64,000 nt of DNA from an uncultured Chloroflexia bacterium (GTDB lineage: Bacteria; Chloroflexota; Limnocylindria; Limnocylindrales; CSP1-4). The notes beneath the pieces are model-generated. The model worked only from the letters and a program-made list of their open reading frames with translations, ran no database searches and was not told the DNA's origin. Every line of letters starts with the position of its first letter. Within the stretch, counting starts at the first letter, position 1. The translations under genes were made by a program, and so were the position numbers. This document shows, one piece after another, positions 1-11,045 of this stretch. The stretch is from the NCBI GenBank assembly GCA_963813225.1, contig CAWEYB010000001.1, forward strand, positions 872,652-936,651, in the 5' to 3' direction.

Positions 1-143
1 CCGCGATCCGCGACGCCCAGGCGGTCGACGGCCCGGCGCTCATCTGGTTCGAGATCGCCGAGGAGCAGAACATCTTCCCGATGATGCCGGCCGGCAAGGG
101 CCTGTCCGACCTCATCGAGAAGTGGGGCGGGGCGGACGAATGA
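1..143 (+). CDS. ilvB: acetolactate synthase large subunit, C-terminal fragment (gene starts left of window)
   Basis: Frame 3 reads [46 protein letters not shown], a typical AHAS large-subunit C-terminus. TGA 141-143 overlaps the ilvN ATG 140 (ATGA). ilvN-ilvC follow. Confidence 0.75.
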   Translation, partial: AIRDAQAVDGPALIWFEIAEEQNIFPMMPAGKGLSDLIEKWGGADE

Positions 144-847
144 GCGCCGATGCCCAGTCGAACGGGCAGCTGCCCGGCGCCGAGGCGGCCGCGGCGCCGG
201 CTCATGCCCATGGCGCACCGCCGTCCCGGGCGCTTCCCGGCGGCGGCGAGACCCGCCGGCACGTGCTGGTGGCGGTCGTGCTCAACAAGCCGGGCGTCCT
301 CAACCGCGTGTCGAGCCTGATGCGAGCCCGCAACTTCAACATCGATTCGCTCGCGGTCAGCCACACCGACAGCGACGACGTCAGCCGGATGACCATCACG
401 CTGCACGGCGACGACGTCGCGGTGGAGCAGGCGGCCAAGCAGCTCTACCGGCTCATCGACGTGCTCAAGGTCCAGGACGTGACCGCTGAGCCGACCGTCC
501 AGCAGGAGCTCGCGCTGGTCAAGATCCGGGCGACGGACGCGACCCGCGCGGAGGTCCTCAAGCTCGTCGAGCTGTCGCGCGGCCGGGTCGTCGACCTGGC
601 CGATGGCTCGGTCATCGTCGAGGTGACCGGGACGGAGACCGAGGTCGACGCGTTCGTGGCGCTGGTGCGCACGTACGGCATCAAGGAGTTGGTCCGCACC
701 GGTGCCGTCGTGATGGCCCGGGGCTCAGGTTCCATCGAGGAGGCAAGTCCTCGGGCCGATGGCCTCGCGGGGGCTCGGCCTCGGACCTCGGAGCGCGATA
801 CACGGCACCCTGCTGAGGGTGCCAAGAAGGAGGGTCGAGGCAGATGA
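140..847 (+). CDS. ilvN: acetolactate synthase small (regulatory) subunit
   Basis: ACT-domain core [38 protein letters not shown]...[11 protein letters not shown] 140 is preferred over GTG 122 because it overlaps the ilvB stop. The stop overlaps ilvC ATG 844. Ala/Pro-rich N-tail and charged C-tail are unusual. Confidence 0.85.
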   Translation: MSADAQSNGQLPGAEAAAAPAHAHGAPPSRALPGGGETRRHVLVAVVLNKPGVLNRVSSLMRARNFNIDSLAVSHTDSDDVSRMTITLHGDDVAVEQAAKQLYRLIDVLKVQDVTAEPTVQQELALVKIRATDATRAEVLKLVELSRGRVVDLADGSVIVEVTGTETEVDAFVALVRTYGIKELVRTGAVVMARGSGSIEEASPRADGLAGARPRTSERDTRHPAEGAKKEGRGR

Positions 848-1896
848 CTGCGGTGATGTACTACGACAACGACGCGGATCCGGCGGCGCTGGCGGGCCAG
901 ACCGTGGCCATCATCGGGTACGGGAGCCAGGGCCACGCCCATGCCCTGAACCTCCACGAATCGGGGGTCGACGTCGTCGTCGGGCTGGCGCCGGGCTCGA
1001 AGAGCCGCGACCTTGCCTCCGAGGCGGGCCTGCGCGTGATGGACGTCGCCGAGGCCGTCCGGGCGGCCGACGTGATCATGATCCTCGTCCCCGACACCTC
1101 CCAGAAGGCCGTCTACGACGCGGAGATCGAGCCCAACCTGCGGCCGGGTCACCTGCTGATGTTCGCCCACGGCTTCAACATCCATTTCGGGCGGATCGAC
1201 CCGCCGGGCATCGTCGACGTCGGGATGGTCGCCCCGAAGGGTCCCGGGCATCTCCTCCGCTCGGTCTACCGTGCCGGCGGCGGCGTGCCGGCGCTGTTCG
1301 CCGTTCACCGCAACGCGTCCGAGACCGCGCGAGAGCGCGTCCTCGCCTACGCGCGCGCTCTCGGATGCACCCGGGCCGGCGTGCTCGAGACGACCTTCGC
1401 CGAGGAGACGGAGACCGACCTGTTCGGCGAGCAGGCCGTCTTGTGCGGCGGGACCGCGGCGCTCATCAAGATGGGCTTCGAGACGCTCGTCGAGGCGGGC
1501 TACCAGCCCGAGCTGGCGTACTTCGAGACGATGCACGAGCTCAAGCTCATCGTCGACCTGATCTACCGCGGCGGCCTCAACTTCATGCGCTTCTCGGTCA
1601 GCGACACCGCCGAGTACGGCGACTACGTCAGCGGGCCGCGGATCATCGACGACCACGTCCGGGCTTCGATGCAGCAGGTCCTGCGCGAGATCCAGGACGG
1701 GACGTTCGCCCGCAATTGGATCGCCGAGAGCGACTCCGGGCGCAAGGAGTTCGAGCGGCTGCGCTCGGCCGACCACGACCACCTCGTCGAGCGCGTCGGA
1801 GGACGGTTGCGCGCCCAGATGCCCTTCCTCGACCCGGTCGAGGTCGTGGCCGGCCAGTCGCAGGCGTCGGCCACCACGCCGGGCGCGTCGCGGTGA
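844..1896 (+). CDS. ilvC: ketol-acid reductoisomerase (class I)
   Basis: 350 aa, [41 protein letters not shown]..., with the GxGxQG NADPH motif. ATGA overlap with ilvN. Confidence 0.95.
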   Translation: MTAVMYYDNDADPAALAGQTVAIIGYGSQGHAHALNLHESGVDVVVGLAPGSKSRDLASEAGLRVMDVAEAVRAADVIMILVPDTSQKAVYDAEIEPNLRPGHLLMFAHGFNIHFGRIDPPGIVDVGMVAPKGPGHLLRSVYRAGGGVPALFAVHRNASETARERVLAYARALGCTRAGVLETTFAEETETDLFGEQAVLCGGTAALIKMGFETLVEAGYQPELAYFETMHELKLIVDLIYRGGLNFMRFSVSDTAEYGDYVSGPRIIDDHVRASMQQVLREIQDGTFARNWIAESDSGRKEFERLRSADHDHLVERVGGRLRAQMPFLDPVEVVAGQSQASATTPGASR

Positions 1897-3534
1897 GCGG
1901 CGCCGTACCCCGGCCCGCCGGGCCGTTCGTGCCGGCGGGCAGCATCCGCATCTTCGACACCACCCTGCGCGACGGCGAGCAGGCTCCCGGCGCCGGCCTG
2001 ACCGCCGCCGAGAAGCTCGACGTCGCGCGGCAGCTCGCGCGACTGCGCGTGGATGTCATCGAGGCCGGTTTTCCCGGCGGCGTCGCCAGGCGACTTCGAG
2101 GCGGTCCGCCGGATCGCCCAGGAGACGCGCGACGGGATCGCGGTCGCGGCTCTCGCCCGCTGCAAGGATGGCGATCCGCAGCGCGCGATCGAGGCGATCA
2201 AGGTCGCCGAGCGGCCGCACCTCCACGTCTTCATCGCGACCAGCGACATCCATCTCAAGCACAAGCTCCGCATCGACCGGGAGACGGCGCTGGCCGAGGC
2301 GGTCCGCTGGGTCCGCTACGGGCGCGAGCAGCTGGGTCGCGACGCCGAGATCGAGTTCTCCGCCGAGGACGCCTCGCGGACCGACCTCGACTACCTGCTC
2401 AAGGTCTACGAGGCCGTCGTCGAGGCCGGGGCGTCGACCGTCAACATCCCCGACACCGTCGGCTACGCCATCCCCTCGGAGTTCGGTGCGCTGGTCGAGC
2501 GGGTGGTCGCACTCGTCGGCGAGCAGGCGACGGTCAGCGTCCACTGCCACAACGACCTCGGTCTCGCCACGGCCAACACGCTGGCGGCCATCCAGGCCGG
2601 GGCCCGCCAGGTCGAGGTCACCGTCAACGGTCTCGGCGAGCGTGCCGGCAACGCCTCGCTCGAAGAGGTCGTGATGGCCATCCGCACCCGGCCGAACCAG
2701 TTCGCCGAGCTCGGATCGGGCGTCGCCACCGAGCAGCTGACGGCCGCCAGCCGGCTGGTCAGCTATCTGACCGGTTTCGCCGTCCAGCCCAACAAGGCGA
2801 TCGTCGGCGGCAACGCCTTCGCGCACGAATCGGGGATCCACCAGGACGGCGTGATCAAGAACCCGCTGACGTACGAGATCATGACCCCACAGTCGGTCGG
2901 GCTGTCCGGCAGCCAGCTGACGATCGGCAAGCTGTCGGGCCGGCGCGGGCTGCAGGGCAAGCTCCACGAGCTCGGCTACGAGTTCGAAGGCGACGCGCTC
3001 GACGAGATCTACCGCCAGGCGGTGGCGCTCGCCGACGCCAAGAAGGAGGTCACCGACGCCGACCTCCACGCGCTGGTCGAACAGCGCTCGTCCGAGGTGC
3101 CGGCGTCGGTCGAGGTCGTCGGCTGGAGCGTGACCTCGTCGCACGGCGGCAACGCCACGGGCTCGGTCACGCTCATGATCGCGGGCGAAGAACGGACGGC
3201 CGAGGCGACCGGGAACGGGCCGGTGGACGCGCTGTTCGACGCCGTGGACGAGGCGCTGCAGCCCGTCCTCGGCTGGCACCCGACGCTGACCGAGTACGAG
3301 ATCAAGGCGGTGTCCGCCGGCGAGGACGCCCAGGGCCAGGTGCTGGTCCGCTGCCGCCGCTCGTCGGACGAGGGTCCGGGCGCGCTGGTGGTGACCGGTC
3401 ACGGGTTATCCACGAACATCATCGAGGCGTCGCTCGAGGGCTACCTGACAGCCGTCAACAAGCTGCATGGGGCCGAGATCAACGGCGTGTCGGTGGCGTT
3501 CGTGTCGCCGCGCCAGGGCGAGTCGCTCCCGTGA
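1893..3534 (+). pseudogene. leuA: 2-isopropylmalate synthase; frame broken by one extra base near 2076 (as-sequenced pseudogene, probably a sequencing error)
   Basis: GTG 1893 overlaps the ilvC stop (GTGA). Frame 0 gives [17 protein letters not shown]...VDVIEAGFP. The protein continues in frame +1 from 2077 with [16 protein letters not shown]...[16 protein letters not shown]...[10 protein letters not shown] and a C-terminal LeuA_dimer domain. The extra G lies in ttt-ccc-G-gcg-gcg. Confidence 0.85.
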
Positions 3535-4658
3535 CGACGTACCGGGTCGCGACGATCCCGGGCGACGGGGTGGGGCCGGAGGTCGTCACTGCCGCCCGGC
3601 GCGTCGTCGACGCCGCGGGGGCCCGCTTCGGGTTCGGTGTCGACTGGTCGGAGCTCGTGGTCGGTGGCGCGGCCATCGACGCCTACGGGGTGGCGATCCG
3701 CGACGAGGACGTCGAGGCTTGTCGCGCCGCCGATGCCGTCCTGCTCGGTGCGGTCGGCGGGCCGAAGTGGTCGGACCCGAGCGCGGCCGTCCGGCCGGAG
3801 CAGGCGCTGTTCGCGCTGCGCGGCGGGCTCGGCCTGTTCGCCAACCTGCGACCGATCTCGGTCCAGCCGACGCTCGTCGCCTCGTCGCCGCTGCGGCCCG
3901 AGCTGCTCGATGGCGTGGACATGGTCATCGTCCGCGAGCTGACCGGCGGGATCTACTTCGGGGAGCGGACGGAAGCCGCCACCGAGCCCGGCGCCCGGAG
4001 CGCGCTCGACACGCTGCCGTACGCGGAGCACGAGATCGCGCGGATCGTCCGGCTCGGGTTCGAGCTGGCGCGGAGCCGGCGCGGGATCCTGACCTCGGTC
4101 GACAAGGCCAACGTCATCGCGACCTCGCGGCTGTGGCGCCGGATCGCCGACGAGCTGGCCGCCGAGTACCCCGACGTCCGGCTCAACCACCAGCTCGTCG
4201 ATTCGTGCGCGATGCTGCTCATCCGGCGACCGGCCGACTTCGACGTCATCGTCACCGAGAACCTGTTCGGCGACATCCTGTCCGACGAGGCGGCGGTCCT
4301 CGCCGGCAGCCTCGGCGTGCTGCCGTCGGCATCGCTCGGGGAGCGCCGGACCGACCACGGGCAGTTCGGCTTGTACGAACCGATCCACGGTTCGGCGCCC
4401 GACATCGCCGGTCGCGACATCGCGAACCCGATCGGCACGATCCTGTCCGCGGCGATGATGCTGCGGACCTCGCTCGGGCAGGCGGATGCGGCCGGGGCGA
4501 TCGAGACGGCCGTCGGCACGGCGCTGGCCGACGGCTGGCGGACCGGCGACCTCGCCGACCCCTCCGATCCGACCGACGGGCTCGTCGTGGTCGGCACGAC
4601 CGCCTTCGCGACCGCGGTCATCGAGGCGCTCGAGGCCGCGGCCGGAGTGGCGGCATGA
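3531..4658 (+). CDS. leuB: 3-isopropylmalate dehydrogenase
   Basis: GTG 3531 overlaps the leuA stop. [28 protein letters not shown] and HGSAPDIAG motifs; about 375 aa. Confidence 0.95.
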   Translation: MTTYRVATIPGDGVGPEVVTAARRVVDAAGARFGFGVDWSELVVGGAAIDAYGVAIRDEDVEACRAADAVLLGAVGGPKWSDPSAAVRPEQALFALRGGLGLFANLRPISVQPTLVASSPLRPELLDGVDMVIVRELTGGIYFGERTEAATEPGARSALDTLPYAEHEIARIVRLGFELARSRRGILTSVDKANVIATSRLWRRIADELAAEYPDVRLNHQLVDSCAMLLIRRPADFDVIVTENLFGDILSDEAAVLAGSLGVLPSASLGERRTDHGQFGLYEPIHGSAPDIAGRDIANPIGTILSAAMMLRTSLGQADAAGAIETAVGTALADGWRTGDLADPSDPTDGLVVVGTTAFATAVIEALEAAAGVAA

Positions 4659-6358
4659 GCGACGCGCCGGTCATCCTCTACGACACGACCCTGCGCGACG
4701 GCACCCAGGGCGAGAACATCACCCTGTCGCTCGCGGACAAGCTGCGCGTGGCGCGGATGCTCGACGAGTTCGGCATGCCGTTCGTCGAGGGCGGCTGGCC
4801 GGGCTCGAACCCGAAGGACATCGAGTTCTTCGCGGCCGCCCGGACGATGCGCTGGGAGCGCGCCAGGCTTGCCGCGTTCGGGTCCACGCGCCACCGCGCC
4901 AACACCGCGGAGAACGACCCGAACCTGCGCGAGCTGGTCGCCGCCGAGACCCCCGTCGTCACGATCTTCGGCAAGAGCTGGCTGCTCCACGTGATCGAGG
5001 TGCTGGGCGCCACGCCCGCCGAGAACCTCGACATGATCGCGGACTCGGTCGGCTTCGTCGTCGATCGCGGGCGCGAGGCCGTCTACGACGCCGAGCATTT
5101 CTTCGACGGCTACAAGGCGGACCGCGACTATGCGCTGTCGACCCTGCGGGCGGCCCGCCAGGCCGGCTCGCGGACGATCGTCCTGTGCGACACGAACGGC
5201 GGGACGATGACCAACGAGCTGGTGGCGATCATCGGCGACGTGCGGACGACCCTCGAGGCCGACCCGGACGCGCCGGCCGTCACCTGGGGCATCCACACCC
5301 ACAACGACGCCGAGCTGGCTGTCGCGAACTCGATGGCCGCGGTGGCGGCCGGGATCCGGCACGTCCAGGCGACCATCAACGGCTATGGCGAGCGGGCCGG
5401 CAACGCCAACATGGTCAGCATCCTGGCCAACCTCGCGCTCAAGACGTCGAACGTGCTCGTCCCGGCCGGCGGCGGCGACCTGGCCGGCCTGACCGAGCTG
5501 TCGCGGTCGGTCGCGGAGATCGCCAACATCGCCCCGAACGACTATCAGCCGTACGTCGGCCGGTCGGCATTCGCCCACAAGGGCGGGGTCCACGGGGCAG
5601 CCGTGGCCAAGGTCGAGCGGAGCTACCAGCATGTCGATCCGACCGTGGTCGGCAACGAGGGACGACTCGTCGTCTCGGAGCTCGGCGGCCGGGCCAACAT
5701 CTCGATCCGTGCCGAGCAGCTCGGCCAGAGCCTCGAGGGCGTCGTCGATCCGCGCGAGCTGTCGCAGCTGATCAAGCAGCTCGAGGCCGACGGGCTCGCG
5801 TTCGAGGGCGCCGAGGCCAGCTTCGAGCTGCTCATCCGCCGCCACGCCGCGGACTATGTCGCGCCGTTCCGGATCGTCGACTACACGTGCCTCGTCGAGC
5901 AGCGGGACGGGCGCGAGATGCTGGCCGAGGCGACCGTCAAGGTCGAGGTCGCCGGCGAGATCCTCCACACGGCGGCCGACGGGAACGGGCCGGTCAACGC
6001 ACTCGACGCTGCTCTCCGCAAGGCGCTCGGTGCGTTCTACCCGGGGATCGAGGAGGTCCACCTCGTCGACTACAAGGTGCGCATCCTCGACGGCGGTGCG
6101 GCGACCGCAGCCCGGACCCGGGTCGTCATCGATTCGATGGACGGGGCGCGGACATGGTCGACGATGGGCAGCGACACCAACATCATCGCGGCGTCCGCGT
6201 CGGCGCTCGCCGATTCGCTCGAATACGGCATCTGGAAGTCCGGCTCGGAGCTCCGGCGCCGCGACGAACGACATTTCACGACCGCCCCGAACCGTGACGG
6301 ATCGCCGGCGGCCGGCGCGACGTCGACCCACGGCGCGACAGCGACCCCCCGGAGGTGA
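4655..6358 (+). CDS. cimA: (R)-citramalate synthase, long LeuA-family form
   Basis: ATG 4655 overlaps the leuB stop (ATGA). [52 protein letters not shown] is the CimA-type N-terminus. [13 protein letters not shown] motif and a C-terminal LeuA_dimer domain are present. Confidence 0.8.
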   Translation: MSDAPVILYDTTLRDGTQGENITLSLADKLRVARMLDEFGMPFVEGGWPGSNPKDIEFFAAARTMRWERARLAAFGSTRHRANTAENDPNLRELVAAETPVVTIFGKSWLLHVIEVLGATPAENLDMIADSVGFVVDRGREAVYDAEHFFDGYKADRDYALSTLRAARQAGSRTIVLCDTNGGTMTNELVAIIGDVRTTLEADPDAPAVTWGIHTHNDAELAVANSMAAVAAGIRHVQATINGYGERAGNANMVSILANLALKTSNVLVPAGGGDLAGLTELSRSVAEIANIAPNDYQPYVGRSAFAHKGGVHGAAVAKVERSYQHVDPTVVGNEGRLVVSELGGRANISIRAEQLGQSLEGVVDPRELSQLIKQLEADGLAFEGAEASFELLIRRHAADYVAPFRIVDYTCLVEQRDGREMLAEATVKVEVAGEILHTAADGNGPVNALDAALRKALGAFYPGIEEVHLVDYKVRILDGGAATAARTRVVIDSMDGARTWSTMGSDTNIIAASASALADSLEYGIWKSGSELRRRDERHFTTAPNRDGSPAAGATSTHGATATPRR

Positions 6359-6362
6359 CCCG

Positions 6363-6911
6363 ATGAGCGACTCGAACGCGACGCCAGGCACGGACGGCGG
6401 CGCGCTGCATCTCGCGCGCTGGACGGCGACGTCGGGCAGCAACGTGCGCAGCCGCGGGGCCGTGGTCATCGCCTCGGGCGACCACGAGTGGCGCGCATCC
6501 GAGACCGGCAACGGCGCGATCGACGCGCTGTTCCGTGCCGTGGACAAGGCCCTCTCCGGTGTCCTGACTGGCCATCCGCGGCTGCTCGCCTACGACATCC
6601 ACGCGCTGGGCGAGGGGACCGACACGATCGGCGCGGTGACGGTCCGGATCGCCCCGCCCGACATCGGCGGCGAGCGCGGCAGCGGCGAGTACACCGGCGA
6701 GGCCCGCGGCCCGAACATCATCGCGGCCTCGATCGAGGCGTACATCACGGCACTCAACGCGCTGCTCGCCGAGGCCCATTGGGAAGGCGCGACCGAGGCC
6801 GCGGGCAACCGGCGGGGCGTGGCGGTGTCGGCCGGCGCCGCGCGCGAGCAACGCGCCGACCTCGACGAGGAGAAGGTCCCGCAGGACACGACGGCCTGGT
6901 TCGAACGCTAA
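6363..6911 (+). CDS. free-standing LeuA allosteric (LeuA_dimer-like) domain protein
   Basis: 182 aa, starting 5 nt after the cimA stop. ETGNGAIDALFRAVDKAL...GPNIIAASIEAYITALN parallels the regulatory domains of leuA ([18 protein letters not shown] / [17 protein letters not shown]) and cimA ([18 protein letters not shown] / [16 protein letters not shown]). No catalytic TIM barrel. Confidence 0.65.
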   Translation: MSDSNATPGTDGGALHLARWTATSGSNVRSRGAVVIASGDHEWRASETGNGAIDALFRAVDKALSGVLTGHPRLLAYDIHALGEGTDTIGAVTVRIAPPDIGGERGSGEYTGEARGPNIIAASIEAYITALNALLAEAHWEGATEAAGNRRGVAVSAGAAREQRADLDEEKVPQDTTAWFER

Positions 6912-6957
6912 GTCTCGCCGGCTCGCAGGAGCGTTGCGCCGCTAGACTCCGGCCACG

Positions 6958-7805
6958 ATGACGAGCGACCTTCCGATCGCCTACGCCGGAGAGCCCGGCG
7001 CGTTCGCCGAGGACGCCGTGATCGCCGCGTTCGGTGATGTCCGTCGCGTCCCGCTCGGGAGCTTTCGCGAGGTCTTCGAGGCCGTCGCATCCGGCGCAGG
7101 CGAGGGCCGGCGTCGTCCCGATCGAGAACGTCATCAACGGAACTGTCCGCGAGAACTACGACCTGCTCCTCGAGCACGACCTGCAGATCCGCGGCGAGGT
7201 CGTCGTCCCGGTCAGCCTCTGTCTCGCCGCGCTGCCCGGGCCAGTCGCTCGATGACATCGCGCGCGTCTACTCGCACATCCAGGCGCTCGGCCAGGCCGA
7301 GGGGTTCCTGCGCCGCCGGCCGTGGCAGCTGCTGACGACGTACAACACGGCGGGCGCCGGCAAGTCCATCGCCGACAACGGCGAGCGAGGCGCCGCGGCG
7401 GTCCTGTCGCCGAGGGCCGCCGGCCTCTTCGGGCTCGAGGTCCTGGAGGACGAGATCGGCGACCTGCCGGGAAACCGGACGCGGTTCCTCGTCCTGGCGC
7501 CGCCGGATGCAGGCCCGCTCCCGCTCCTGTCCGACGGCGGTGGCCGGCGGACGACCCTGGTCGTCGCGGTCCGGAACGAGCCCGGCACCCTGCTCGCCGT
7601 CCTGCGGGTCTTCGCGGACCACGACCTGAACATGCACAAGCTCGAGTCGCGCCCGAGCCGCGAGCGCGCCTGGGAGTACGTCTTCTGGATCGACCTCGAC
7701 GCCGACACGGCGGACCCGGCGACCGACGCGGCCTTCGAGGAGCTCCGCGCGGTGACGACGATGACCCGCGTGCTGGGCAGCTACCCGGCGGCGCCGGCTC
7801 CCTGA
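6958..7805 (+). pseudogene. pheA: prephenate dehydratase; two +1 frameshifts (about 7107 and 7241) as sequenced
   Basis: Frame 1 gives MTSDLPIAYAGEPGAFAEDAV...AVASGAGE. Frame 2 gives GVVPIENVINGTVRENYDLLLEHDLQIRGEVVVPVSLCLAALPG. Frame 0 gives QSLDDIARVYSHIQALGQAEGFL...GNRTRFLVLA...NEPGTLLAVLRVFADHDLNMHKLESRPSRERAWEYVFWIDL (ACT domain). Stop at 7803-7805. Confidence 0.85.
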
Positions 7806-8179
7806 TCCGCCCCCCGCGCGTTCCGCAGCTCGTCGCGGATCTCCGTCAGCAGGACCTCCTCGGGCGACGGTCCCGGAGGCGGCGCCTCCTTGATGAAGAT
7901 CTTGCTGATGATGTAGACGACCAGCATCACCACGACGAACACGATCAGTGAGTTGAGGAAGAGCCCCCAACCGATCGAGACTTCCTCGCCCTTGGCGTTC
8001 GTCCCGAGCACCGTCTTGATCGACGCGAAGTCGACGAGCCGAGGACCCAGCCGATCGGCGGCATGATGATCGCGTTGACCAGCGTCGAGCACGACCGACC
8101 CGAGCGCGACGCCGATGATGACGCCGATCGCCAGCGCGAGCGCGTTCGACTTGGTCAGGAAAGCCTGGAAGCCGTCCAT
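7781..8179 (-). CDS. mscL: large-conductance mechanosensitive channel; internal ~17 codons out of frame (compensated indel pair)
   Basis: MDGFQAFLTKSNALALAIGVIIGVALGSVV ... LVDFASIKTVL...LNSLIVFVVVMLVVYIISKIF...EEVLLTEIRDEL. The conserved STLVNAIIMPPIGWVLG segment is readable only in another frame between about 8089 and 8040. Confidence 0.85.
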   Translation of the reverse strand: MDGFQAFLTKSNALALAIGVIIGVALGSVVLDAGQRDHHAADRLGPRLVDFASIKTVLGTNAKGEEVSIGWGLFLNSLIVFVVVMLVVYIISKIFIKEAPPPGPSPEEVLLTEIRDELRNARGADQGAGAAG

Positions 8180-8293
8180 GGCCGCGATGCTCCTCCTCCT
8201 GGATTGACTGCCCCGTATCGGGAGGCGCCGATGATACGCTTGCCCACCGCCCGCGACGACCGCGACGACCTCGCGGCAGCCCCCGGAGGACCG

Positions 8294-9965
8294 ATGGACC
8301 AGGCGTTCCATGACGAGATGGCGACCGGCTACGCGCTGACCGAGCCGGGCCTCGTGATCGGCAGCCCGATGCTCGGCGCCGAGCTCGCGAACGACGCGCG
8401 CGTCCAGGTGGCGCTCAGCATGATGAACCGCCACGGGCTGATCGCCGGGGCCACCGGCACCGGCAAGACCAAGACCCTCCAGCTCCTCGCCGGCCAGCTG
8501 TCGAAGGCGGGCGTGCCGGTCTTCGTGGCCGACATCAAGGGCGACCTGACGGGGATGGCCGCGCCCGGCGACGCCACCAACCCCAAGGTCGTCGACCGCC
8601 TGACGTCGCTCGGCTGGACCTTCGAGCCGTCCGGCCACCCGGTCGAGTACCTGTCGCTGTCGGGCAAGCTCGGGGCGCAGGTCCGGGCCACGACCCACTC
8701 GTTCGGGCCGCTGCTGCTCGGCAGGGTGCTGGGGCTCAACGACACCCAGACCTCGATCCTGTCGCTGATCTTCAAGTACTGCGACGACAACCAGCTGCCC
8801 CTGCTCGACCTCAAGGACCTCGCCGCCACGCTCAAGTACCTCGCCTCCGACGAGGGCAAGCCCGCCCTCGCCGACTACGGCGGGATGTCGAGCGCGTCGG
8901 TGGGCGTGCTCCTGCGCTCGATCGTCGTGCTCGAGCAGTCGGGCGCCGACATCTTCTTCGGCGAGCCCGAGTTCGACGTGATGGACCTGCTGCGCACGAC
9001 GCCCGACGGCGAAGGCATCGTCAGCATCCTCGAGCTGTCGGACGTCATGAACCAGCCCGAGCCTGTTCTCGACGTTCATGCTCTGGATGCTCGCCCGGCT
9101 GTACGAGACGCTGCCCGAGGTCGGCGACCTGCCGAAGCCGAAGCTGTGCTTCTTCTTCGACGAGGCGCACCTGCTGTTCGACAACGCCTCGGCGGCGCTG
9201 CTCGCCGAGATCGAGCGGACCGCGCGGCTCATCCGCTCGAAGGGGGTCGGCGTCTACTTCGTGACCCAGGCCCCGACCGACGTCCCGTCGTCGGTCCTGG
9301 CCCAGCTCGGCAACCGCGTCCAGCACGCGCTTCGCGCGTTCACGCCCGACGACGCCGACGCGCTGCGCAAGACCGCCCGGACGTTCCCGACCACGACCTT
9401 CTACGACGTCGAGAAGACGATCACCTCGCTCGGGACCGGCGAGGCGCTGGTGACGGTGCTGTCGCCGCGGGGCGTCCCGACGCCGCTCGCCGCGACCCGG
9501 CTGCTGCCGCCCGATTCGTCGATGACACCGCTCGACGCGGTCCAGTTCGCCGGCCGCATCGCCACCAGCCCGTTCGCGGCGAAGTACGGCACGGCCATCG
9601 ACCGCGACAGCGCGTACGAGCTGATCAACGCCAAGATCGCCGCATCGCGGGCGGCCGCCGCCCAGGCCGCCACCGACGCCGCCGTCGCGGCCGGTGTCCC
9701 GCCGACGACCGCGACCGGGCTCAACACCATGACGCCGGCGCAGCAGCGGGCCGAGATCAACCGCCAGGCCAAGGAGATGGTCGCGGCCCAGAAGGCGGCG
9801 GAGCGTGAGCGGAAGTCGCAGGAGAAGGCCGTCGCCGACGCCCGCAAGGCCGAGCAGCGGACGATCAACACGGCGATCCGGACCGGCGGCCAGGTCGTGT
9901 CGTCGAAGCTGGGCCAGGACGTGATCCGGGGCGTGTTCGGGACGCTCTTCGGCGGCAAGCACTGA
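8294..9965 (+). pseudogene. HerA/YjgR-like (DUF853) P-loop ATPase; +1 frameshift near 9062
   Basis: Walker A NRHGLIAGATGTGKTKT in frame 2. After gag-C-ctg at 9062 the protein continues in frame 0 with LFSTFMLWMLARLYETLPEVGDLPKPKLCFFFDEAHLLF (Walker B) ...VYFVTQAPTDVP. Start ATG 8294 (alternative 8231). Confidence 0.8.
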
Positions 9966-9975
9966 ACCTGGCGGC

Positions 9976-11045
9976 GTGACCAGCGGGGAGACGCCGACCG
10001 GCGCGCGGACCTGGCTCGACCCGGGCTGGCGCGCGGGGGCGCTCGCTTGGGTCGAGGCGACGCTTGCGGGGTTGGGCCGCACGGTCATCGGCGAGGTCGA
10101 GCAGCCTCACGTCCGGCCGTGGTCGACGGCGATGCGCGTGCCGACGAGCGGCGGGGTCGTGTGGTTCAAGGCGAGCGGTCCGGGGCCGGCGCACGAGGGC
10201 CCGCTGCTGGAGGTGTTCCGGGTCTTCGGGGTCGCGCACGTCCTGTTGCCGCTGGCCGTGCACCCGGACCGGCCATGGATCCTGTTCGAGGACGGCGGCC
10301 CGACGATGCGCGCCACGCGACCGGACGGCACCGGCGACCACGATCTGGTCGCCTGGGAGCGGATCCTGGCCGAGTACGCGGCGCTCCAGCGTTCGGTCGA
10401 GGGCGAGGCGGCCGTCGCGGCGATGCTCGTGGCCGGGACGCCGGACGTGCGCCCAGGCGACTCCCGGATGCGCTCGAGCGGCTGCTCGAGGCGGGGGAGT
10501 GGTGGGCACTGATCGTCCCCGAGGAGCGTGTGGCGGCCGATGCTGCCCGGACACGACTGCGTGCCTCTGCGGGGGCGATCCGTGCTGCCGCCGACGACCT
10601 CGCCAGCGCCGGCATCGCCGCCATCGATCCAGCACGACGACCTCCACGGCGGCAACATCCTCGTCGGCCCGGCCGGCGACCGCATCTTCGACTGGGGCGA
10701 CGCCGCGGTCGCGCACCCGTTCGGGACCCTGACGCGGGACCTTCAACTCGATCGCCCACAACACCGGGCGCGACGGCGGCGATCCGGTCTTCGTCCGACT
10801 GCTCGACGTCTACCTCGAAGCCTGGACCGATGTCCTGCCGCGCCAAGCGCTGGTCGCGCTGAGCGCCCTCGCACTCGACTACGCCTGCATCGGCAAGGCC
10901 CTCGCCTGGGAACGCGCGCTCCGTCGGCCTCGAACCCGACGAGATGGGCGAGCTTCGGCGACTCGGTCGCCGGCTGGCTGGTGGACTTCGCCGACCGTCT
11001 CGACGGTCCAGCCTGGGCGGCGTCGGGACCGCGCCTACTCGATGA
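9976..11045 (+). pseudogene. aminoglycoside/choline-kinase-like phosphotransferase (APH family), at least five indels; 3' end unresolved
   Basis: Segments read in frames 1,0,1,2,0,1. The kinase catalytic motif SIQHDDLHGGNILVGPAGDRIFDWGDAAVAHPF is present. Junctions lie near 10460 (-1), 10621, 10737, 10921 and 10953 (+1). The stop is either 11043-11045 (frame 0) or 11163 (frame 1). Confidence 0.55.

Noticed and set aside
759-4658. 1299-aa ORF in the supplied track (also 3467..6358 and 3953..6547 minus)
   Set aside because: Only parts of it are genuine: the leuA N-terminus and leuB lie in this frame. The rest is Arg/Pro/Gly-rich out-of-frame read-through typical of 70% GC DNA. The real genes are ilvC, leuA, leuB and cimA, each with clear family motifs.
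6890-6910. GGTTCGAAC (and GGGTTCGACC at 31403) resembling a tRNA T-arm
   Set aside because: I could not fold a cloverleaf around either site. The first lies inside the coding sequence of the LeuA-domain gene. The second is the 3' side of a terminator hairpin.
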